Positions 57,526-64,000 of a stretch of 64,000 bases of DNA are shown piece by piece (within the stretch, counting starts at the first letter, position 1; the number at the start of each line of letters is the position of its first letter). Made by a program: the position numbers and the translations under genes. Source of the DNA: Candidatus Wolfebacteria bacterium RIFOXYD12_FULL_48_21 (GTDB lineage Bacteria; Patescibacteriota; Minisyncoccia; UBA6257; UBA9933); NCBI GenBank assembly GCA_001793945.1, contig MGIW01000005.1:57923-121922 (forward strand). Reading direction: 5' to 3'. Below the pieces are notes generated by a model, which saw only the letters and a list, made by a program, of their open reading frames with translations, was not told the DNA's origin and made no database searches.

Positions 57526-58845
57526 ATGGTAGATATTAAATACATTAGGGATAATGTGGAAGCGGTCAAAGGTGCCATTAAAAACAAGCACATTGACCTT
57601 AATTTGGATGAATTATTGGAAGCGGACAAGACGCGTGTCGATTTGCAACAGAAGGTCGAGCGGTTGAGCGCATTGAAGAACGAACTGAATGAGCGCATGA
57701 AAACAGCATCGGCAGATGAGCGGGGACCGATCATCGAAGAAGGGAAAAAGGTAAAGGAAGATCTGCTTGCCGCCGAGCCGGCCTATCGCGAAGCAAAGCA
57801 GAAGTTTGATGAACTGATGGTACGCGTGCCGACCGTACCGTCGAGCGATACGCCGCTCGGCGCGAGCGATGCGGACAATGTGGAAATCTACCGTTGGGGC
57901 GAGCCGAAAAAGTTCGATTTCGAACCGAAAGATCATGTGCAATTGGCGCAGGAGCTCGACATTATCGATTTTGAAAAGGGCGCCAAGGTAAGCGGATATC
58001 GCGGGTATTATTTGAAAAACGAAGGCACGCAGTTGGTAATGGCGTTAATGATGTACGCCGTCAACAAAATGGCGCAAAAAGGATACACGCCCATGATCCC
58101 GCCGACATTGGTCAAAGGGTTCTCGTTGTTCGGAAGCGGGTACTTCAAAGGAATGGATTACGACCCGGAAGTGGACGAGATCTACCAAATAGCGACATCG
58201 GACAAAGATGCCGAAGGCGCAACCGCAAAAGATAAAAAGTTTTTGGTCGGAACCGCCGAGCCGTCATTGCTTGCATATTATTCGGACGAAGTGTTAAAGG
58301 AAGAGCAGCTGCCGATTCGTTTGGCAGGGTACAGCCAGTGCTATCGCAGTGAAATAGGAAGCTACGGCAAAGATACGAAGGGCATGTATCGCGTGCACGA
58401 GTTCATGAAGGTAGAGCAGGTGGTCATCGCCAAAGCAGATGCAGAAGAAGCGAACAAGCTTCAGCAGGAGATGATGGATATCTCGCGCGAGATGCACGAG
58501 GAGCTTGGTTTGCCGTATCGGCAGATACAGATCTGTGCGGGCGACATGAGCGCAGGCAAGTTTCGCGCATTCGATATAGAGGCATGGATGCCGGGCCTGA
58601 ACCGTTGGGGTGAAACCGGGTCGGCGAGCAACTTTGTCGATTGGCAGGCGCGCCGCCTGAATGTAAAATATGTCGATGCGAACGGCGAGCGGAAATATGT
58701 GTATATGTTGAACAACACGGCATTGCCGAGCCCGCGCAGCTTCATAGCGGTGCTGGAGAATTACCAGCAAGCCGATGGCAGTATAGTGATTCCCGAGGTC
58801 TTGCAAAAATACACGGGATTCGCCAAAATAGAAAGACGCAAATAA
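57526..58845 (+). CDS. serS: Seryl-tRNA synthetase
   Basis: MVDIKYIR, LVGTAE, CYRSEIG, RVHEFMKVE, LNNTA, ENYQQADGS. Confidence 0.97.
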   Translation: MVDIKYIRDNVEAVKGAIKNKHIDLNLDELLEADKTRVDLQQKVERLSALKNELNERMKTASADERGPIIEEGKKVKEDLLAAEPAYREAKQKFDELMVRVPTVPSSDTPLGASDADNVEIYRWGEPKKFDFEPKDHVQLAQELDIIDFEKGAKVSGYRGYYLKNEGTQLVMALMMYAVNKMAQKGYTPMIPPTLVKGFSLFGSGYFKGMDYDPEVDEIYQIATSDKDAEGATAKDKKFLVGTAEPSLLAYYSDEVLKEEQLPIRLAGYSQCYRSEIGSYGKDTKGMYRVHEFMKVEQVVIAKADAEEANKLQQEMMDISREMHEELGLPYRQIQICAGDMSAGKFRAFDIEAWMPGLNRWGETGSASNFVDWQARRLNVKYVDANGERKYVYMLNNTALPSPRSFIAVLENYQQADGSIVIPEVLQKYTGFAKIERRK

Positions 58846-58884
58846 TCTTGCGATGCAAACCGCCTGTGAGGGGCGGTTCTGTAT

Positions 58885-59045
58885 GCCAGTGTAGCTTCGT
58901 TGCGACTTGCCGTTGCTAGTGATCCGCCAGCGGGCGGAGAATGTGCAACGCGGCGGAGTGTCGGTTGCGCATTCGTTTTTCGCGCAACCGACGAGAGCAC
59001 TGTGCCCGACAGGGCGCTTGCGAATAGCGAACAGAGAGGAGCATT
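58885..59045 (+). repeat. Structured element starting with a copy of the tRNA-Thr 5' end
   Basis: GCCAGTGTAGCT (58885-58896) identical to 59071-59082; hairpins GTCGGTTGCG/CGCAACCGAC and TCCGCC/GGCGGA. Confidence 0.7.
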
Positions 59046-59070
59046 GAAAATTTGGAAAGCGGGGTAATTC

Positions 59071-59143
59071 GCCAGTGTAGCTCAGTTGGTAGAGCAACGC
59101 ACTCGTAACGCGTAGGTCGCCGGTTCGATTCCGGCCACTGGCT
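59071..59143 (+). tRNA. tRNA-Thr(CGT)
   Basis: GCCAGTG/CACTGGC acceptor, anticodon loop CTCGTAA, GGTTCGATTCC. Confidence 0.94.
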
Positions 59144-59144
59144 C

Positions 59145-59513
59145 ATGGAGAGGATAGCAATAAATGTATTGGCAATTAGGGATAATGAGATTCTTCTTGT
59201 AAAAAAGAATGAAACTTGGATTTTGCCGGGAGGAAAACCGATGGAAGGGGAATCCGATACAGATTGCTTACTCAGAGAGGTAAAGGAGGAGTTGCCATTA
59301 GTGGAAGTCTCAAACATTAGATACTTTAATGATTTTGTCGGTATTACGCCGCATAAGGGAGACATGCTACGCGCGAAAGTATATTGGGGCGATGTGGAAG
59401 GGGAAATTAAACCGAATGCCGAAATCAATTCGGCGCAGTGGGTAAAAAGAGAGAAAATGGAAGAATATGCATTAAGCGACATTACACAAAAAATAGTTAA
59501 TGCGTTGAAATAA
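59145..59513 (+). CDS. NUDIX hydrolase
   Basis: [26 protein letters not shown] Nudix box. Confidence 0.88.
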   Translation: MERIAINVLAIRDNEILLVKKNETWILPGGKPMEGESDTDCLLREVKEELPLVEVSNIRYFNDFVGITPHKGDMLRAKVYWGDVEGEIKPNAEINSAQWVKREKMEEYALSDITQKIVNALK

Positions 59514-59518
59514 AAATC

Positions 59519-60604
59519 ATGACAGAAGAATCAAAACGACAACTCGAAGACATTAAAACAGAAGCCGCTCACTTGCGCGCTTCTTTTGATATTGAAACAA
59601 AGGCGAACCGCGTAAAGGAGTTGGAATACGAAATGGGTGATCCTGATTTTTGGAACAACAGGGAAAATGCGGATGCGAAGATCAAGGAATTGGGCGAGGT
59701 GAATGAGATGGTAAAAAAGTTCAAGGAAATAGGCGAAGATATCGAGATGATCGAATTGTTGGCGGGAGATAAGAAAGAAGACGAAGAGATTGCAACCGCG
59801 TTAGCTGCATTAAAAAAGAAGCTGCAGAAGATCGAGATAGAAAAACTGTTCAGCGGGAAATACGACATGCAATCGGCTATCATCACGATTCAGGCAGGGG
59901 CTGGAGGAAACGAGTCTGAAGATTGGGCAGGTATGTTGTGCGAAATGTACGAAGGCTATGCCCGCCGCCGCGGTTGGAAGTTTACAATCATCGATGAAAG
60001 CGAAGGGGAACAATCCAAGACGGCGCGCCACGCATACAAGGGAGTGACCTTTGAAGTAAAAGGAAAATATGCCTATGGGTATTTAAAAAAGGAATACGGC
60101 GTACATCGGCTGGTTCGCATCTCGCCGTTTTCCGCCGAAGATAAGCGGCATACATCGTTTTGCTTGGTCGAGGTTATGCCCGATTTGCCGCAGGTAGACA
60201 TGGAAGGATTCATCATTCCGGAAGACGACCTGAAGGTCGAGTTTTCGCGTGCCGGAGGTCCGGGCGGACAGAATGTGAACAAGGTGGAAACCGCGGTGCG
60301 CATCACGCATGTGCCGACAGGGCTCGTGTCATCATCGCGCGTAGAGCGTTCGCAAATGGCGAACCGCCAATTGGCTATGAATCTTTTGCGCGCGCGTTTG
60401 GTGAAATTAATGGAAGAACAGCAGGCAAAGGAAGTGGGAGATCTTAAAACGCGAACGAAGGTAGAGTGGGGAAGTCAGATTCGTTCTTATGTGTTGAACC
60501 CGTACAAGATGGTCAAGGATCATCGCACGGGAGTGGAAACATCGCAGGCGGAGCGGGTATTGGGTGGAGAACTGGATGAATTCATCGATGCGGAATTGGG
60601 ATGA
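59519..60604 (+). CDS. prfB: Peptide chain release factor 2, single uninterrupted ORF
   Basis: [11 protein letters not shown] (SPF), [19 protein letters not shown]. Confidence 0.96.
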   Translation: MTEESKRQLEDIKTEAAHLRASFDIETKANRVKELEYEMGDPDFWNNRENADAKIKELGEVNEMVKKFKEIGEDIEMIELLAGDKKEDEEIATALAALKKKLQKIEIEKLFSGKYDMQSAIITIQAGAGGNESEDWAGMLCEMYEGYARRRGWKFTIIDESEGEQSKTARHAYKGVTFEVKGKYAYGYLKKEYGVHRLVRISPFSAEDKRHTSFCLVEVMPDLPQVDMEGFIIPEDDLKVEFSRAGGPGGQNVNKVETAVRITHVPTGLVSSSRVERSQMANRQLAMNLLRARLVKLMEEQQAKEVGDLKTRTKVEWGSQIRSYVLNPYKMVKDHRTGVETSQAERVLGGELDEFIDAELG

Positions 60605-60771
60605 TAAAAAACGGCTAAACATATAGCCGTTTTTTGTCGTTGGACACGGTCGGCGCGAATTTGGTATACTAAAAAGACTATTGAGAGGTAGTGCAGGATA
60701 GATTCCTGTGTTCGTAGGAAGGATAATAAACGGAATCAGTTCATAATTCTTGATTCTTTATTCGTGCCATT

Positions 60772-61464
60772 ATGATTATTTTTCAAAATGTTACCAAGAT
60801 CTACAAGATGGACGACCATGAAACGGTCGCCGTGGAAGACATCAATCTACACATTCATCAAAAGGAATTCGTTTCCATGGTGGGGAAGTCGGGAGCGGGA
60901 AAGTCTACGCTGATTAAATTGCTCACCGGCGAAGAAAAGCCGACCAAGGGGAAAGTGAGTTTTGGTTCATATAATGTAAACAAGCTGAAGCCGAATGAAT
61001 TGCCGTTTTTGCGTCGAAAGATGGGGGTTATTTTTCAGGACTTCCGATTGTTGCCGAACAAAAACGCATACGAAAATGTAGCATTTGCATTGGAGGTGGC
61101 CGGCAGAACCCAGCAGGAGATCATGGAGTTCGTACCGCAGGCGCTTGAAATGGTGGGGCTAAAAGACAAAATGCGCAATTTTCCGCGCGAACTGTCGGGT
61201 GGTGAAAAACAGCGCGTGGCCATTGCCCGCGCCATGATCAATCACCCCGATGTGATCATCGCCGACGAGCCTACCGGAAATCTTGACCCGGTCAACACAT
61301 GGGAAATTCTCAAGCTTTTGTTGAAGATCAACGAGCTGGGAACGACCGTCATTTTGACGACGCATAACAAAGACATTGTGAATAGCATCAATAAACGGGT
61401 GATCAGCGTGGAAGACGGTCGGATCATCCGGGACGAAGAAGAAGGAAAGTATATATTGGTATAA
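60772..61464 (+). CDS. ftsE: Cell division ATP-binding protein FtsE
   Basis: GKSGAGKSTL, FQDFRLL, LSGGEKQRVAIARA, ADEPTGNLDP; followed by ftsX. Confidence 0.94.
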   Translation: MIIFQNVTKIYKMDDHETVAVEDINLHIHQKEFVSMVGKSGAGKSTLIKLLTGEEKPTKGKVSFGSYNVNKLKPNELPFLRRKMGVIFQDFRLLPNKNAYENVAFALEVAGRTQQEIMEFVPQALEMVGLKDKMRNFPRELSGGEKQRVAIARAMINHPDVIIADEPTGNLDPVNTWEILKLLLKINELGTTVILTTHNKDIVNSINKRVISVEDGRIIRDEEEGKYILV

Positions 61465-61562
61465 CTCAAAGGTTTGAATTTAAATCAAAGACAGTGACTT
61501 CGAAAAGTAAAATCGCTTGCCACATGTTTTAAATTTTAAATTTTAAATTTTAAATTTTTAAG

Positions 61563-62471
61563 ATGCTCACTACACTCTCACGCGTTATCAAATATGGACT
61601 GGTTGGTTTTTGGAGGAATGGCTGGTTGTCTACCGCGACAATCGCCATAGTCTTCTTGGTGCTGGTTGGCTTCGGCGGACTGCTGATGTTCAACTCATTG
61701 GCAAATATCGTATTGGCGGACATACAGGACAAAATAGACATCAGCATCTATTTCAAGGTAGACGCGCCCGAGGATCGCATATTGGAAGTACAGCGCGCGC
61801 TTGAAAGCCTGCCAGAAGTAAAAGAAGTGGAATATGTATCCCGCGATGTGGCATTGGAAACATTCCGGGAACAGCACAAGGATGACCCGACGGTTTCGCA
61901 GGCATTGGAAGCGCTTGATGAAAATCCACTTGCCGCAGCCATCAATATCAAAGCGCGTGAGCTGAAAGATTACGAAGCGATTGCCGGATACCTTGATAAG
62001 GAATCATATAAGGACATTACCGACAAGATATCCTATGCGCAAAACATTGGCGTTATAGACCGCCTGAAGAGCATTAAAAGCACGGTAGAGCAGGGAGGAT
62101 TGTTGCTCATCATATTCATCAGTCTTGTAGCCGCGCTGATCATATTCAATACCATTCGCCTTGCGATCTATTCGAATCGCGAAGAGCTTGCGGTCATGCG
62201 ATTGGTAGGCGCTTCGAACTTCTTCATCCGGGGACCGTATATGATCGAAGGGATCATCTACGGCGTAGTGGGAAGTGTTATGAGCGTGGCAATGGTCACG
62301 ATAGGCGTATTCTATGCCGCGCCGTATGTAAAGATATTTGTACCGGACATCAACGGCTGGGCATATTACCTTTCAAACTTTTTCATGTTCATGTCCGCGC
62401 AGATATTCTTTGGCGTTGGACTGGGTGTAATCTCGAGTTACATCGCAGTTAGAAAATATTTGAAGATATAA
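61563..62471 (+). CDS. ftsX: Cell division permease FtsX
   Basis: RNGWLS, NPL, NTIRLAIYSNREE..MRLVGAS..IRGPY..EG. Confidence 0.93.
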   Translation: MLTTLSRVIKYGLVGFWRNGWLSTATIAIVFLVLVGFGGLLMFNSLANIVLADIQDKIDISIYFKVDAPEDRILEVQRALESLPEVKEVEYVSRDVALETFREQHKDDPTVSQALEALDENPLAAAINIKARELKDYEAIAGYLDKESYKDITDKISYAQNIGVIDRLKSIKSTVEQGGLLLIIFISLVAALIIFNTIRLAIYSNREELAVMRLVGASNFFIRGPYMIEGIIYGVVGSVMSVAMVTIGVFYAAPYVKIFVPDINGWAYYLSNFFMFMSAQIFFGVGLGVISSYIAVRKYLKI

Positions 62472-62522
62472 TAAAAAGCCCCGAAAGGGGCTTTTGTGCA
62501 CGCAGGGCATAAGTCCGTTGCC

Positions 62523-63032
62523 CTACGATGTAAAGAGTATGGCTATATATCGTATCGCCTCCGCTTTCTCTTTGCTGCCATATGGCACCGACTTGTATGC
62601 TTCAAGCATTTCCGCAAGCGTAGCGCAATAGGATAGCCGCTTGCGCATAGCCGCAAGGCTTTCGGGACTCTTGAGTGGCGCGTTCGTCTGCGCTTCGCAG
62701 GCTTCCGCAAGATCACTCGCTCGTTCTATCTCGGCGGCTGAAAGTTTTCGCCACCTGCGCAACGCTTCCGTCTGAATGACGCTTTTGTTGGGGGTGTAAT
62801 GGAATACTATCCGCGCCTGTTTGGCGGTAGTGCAGAGAGCGAGCCAAATAAGAATCAGATCAACCTCTTCCTGACTCCCGTGGGGTACGCACCGATATTT
62901 TTGCAGTGCCTCTTCGAATGTACTGATCGGTTGAATGTGGGGCGGAGGCAAAAGTCCTAAAGCGCTGACAATGAGATCGATAGGGATGTCGGTCTTTTCC
63001 CCCATGATGCAGATCTGTTCCGGAGTAAGCAT
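62523..63032 (-). CDS. Hypothetical protein with about four 31-aa helical repeats
   Basis: Repeat T..EA..Y..P.GS.E..A..W/C; GGAGG SD before ATG 63032. Confidence 0.7.
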   Translation of the reverse strand: MLTPEQICIMGEKTDIPIDLIVSALGLLPPPHIQPISTFEEALQKYRCVPHGSQEEVDLILIWLALCTTAKQARIVFHYTPNKSVIQTEALRRWRKLSAAEIERASDLAEACEAQTNAPLKSPESLAAMRKRLSYCATLAEMLEAYKSVPYGSKEKAEAIRYIAILFTS

Positions 63033-63148
63033 GGAATATCCTCCAAATGTAAAGGTTGCTGGGTCGAATGGGTGCTGACTTCTTGATACCATATGGCTCA
63101 GCATTTGTAAACGAAGCTAAAAAAGCGCGCCATATGGCGCGCTTTTCG

Positions 63149-64000
63149 TTACTGAAGATGATAGATAAAGATCGATGTGCCGGCACGGGCATCGGGGTCG
63201 TAGGGTGACCGTTCTTTTACGAGCCACGGGTATTCATCTTCCGGCTTGCGATAAAACCCGGGTGCGGTTGGTGCGATGGCGTTTTGCAGATTGTTGATCG
63301 AAATGGCGAGCCATTCGATGCCCTCCTGCTTTGGATCGCCCATGGTAGAGTTCCAATCTACAGCCTTGTCTCCTAAATAGTAATGCACGCTGCCGCCGCC
63401 GAAGTAGTTGACGGCGATCTTGTCGATATTGTGTTCTTCGGTAAATTGGGCGAGCCGCTTAAGGTCTTGGCCCCAATCATAATTCGAATCGGTTACGATG
63501 CGGTAGCCGTTAGGCGTGCCACCGGCAAGCGTATTGAAGTATGAAATGAAGTAGGGGCCGGTCAAAAGCGATTCGGCGATGTACCACACGACAAAGAAAA
63601 TGACGGCAGCCGTTTTGAAGGACGATTTGACCATACCAACGATGGCGGTCATGAGGTTGCGGAACAACCCTTGCGTAAAATCGAAATCCTGTCGCGTCCA
63701 CCGTTTGATGCGTCCGGCGGCGATGATGTACATAAGCGGAATGGTCGGCAACACATGTCTGATGCCGATGTTGAGCGGACTCTTCATGCTGTAGGCCCAG
63801 TAAAGCACGATGAACGAAAGCATGGAAAACTCGGCGAAGTTCAAATTAACATAGGTAAAGAAGCGATCCTTGAGACTGGCTGGTCCGCGGAAGTTTTTAA
63901 GGAATGAACCGATGCCGAGCAATAGTGCAAAACCAAGAAGGATGAGCGACGGCAGTGGTTCCTTGTAGAAGAACACGACAGGGAAGTAATACCACCAACC
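63149..64000 (-). CDS. GT-C fold glycosyltransferase (ArnT/PMT-like), 5' end beyond the window
   Basis: GWWYYFP, NIGIRHVLP, YISYFN-like segment, DSNYDWGQDLKRL. Confidence 0.8.
   Translation of the reverse strand, partial: GWWYYFPVVFFYKEPLPSLILLGFALLLGIGSFLKNFRGPASLKDRFFTYVNLNFAEFSMLSFIVLYWAYSMKSPLNIGIRHVLPTIPLMYIIAAGRIKRWTRQDFDFTQGLFRNLMTAIVGMVKSSFKTAAVIFFVVWYIAESLLTGPYFISYFNTLAGGTPNGYRIVTDSNYDWGQDLKRLAQFTEEHNIDKIAVNYFGGGSVHYYLGDKAVDWNSTMGDPKQEGIEWLAISINNLQNAIAPTAPGFYRKPEDEYPWLVKERSPYDPDARAGTSIFIYHLQ

Noticed and set aside
1-64000. Alternative genetic code (UGA=Gly)
   Set aside because: Conserved genes end normally at TGA (HU, lepA, cysS, prfB) and are uninterrupted under code 11

Overview
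A 64-kb stretch of a small bacterial chromosome using genetic code 11. Gene content and style suggest Patescibacteria/CPR, probably Parcubacteria (inference): rny, type-2 IleRS, DsbA/VKOR, class II RNR, many Ala/Thr-rich secreted coiled-coil proteins and few Shine-Dalgarno sites. Housekeeping genes are nrdJ, ileS, rny, HU, pyk, cca, rpe, recQ, lepA, cysS, dnaX, serS, prfB and ftsEX, with 8 tRNAs. Small accessory cassettes lie between them. No rRNA, CRISPR array, integrase, transposase or reverse transcriptase was seen. Main second-look items: (1) a probable remote DGR target gene at 41656-42243; (2) an orphan PemK/MazF-like toxin and remnants, each followed by a hairpin and a convergent antisense sigma70 promoter; (3) heptanucleotide arrays that bracket promoters as inverted pairs and also sit in frame in proteins; (4) a GTCATTCC/TCCGCCAG palindrome family inserted in frame in rpe; (5) structured elements built from duplicated tRNA ends; (6) a free-standing LAGLIDADG gene overlapping lepA; (7) a histidine-phosphatase domain inside IleRS; (8) an AbiE-type toxin-antitoxin pair between 58-bp direct repeats; (9) a repeated secreted coiled-coil plus membrane-partner module, one copy downstream of an ECF sigma. 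All calls were made by eye without database searches.
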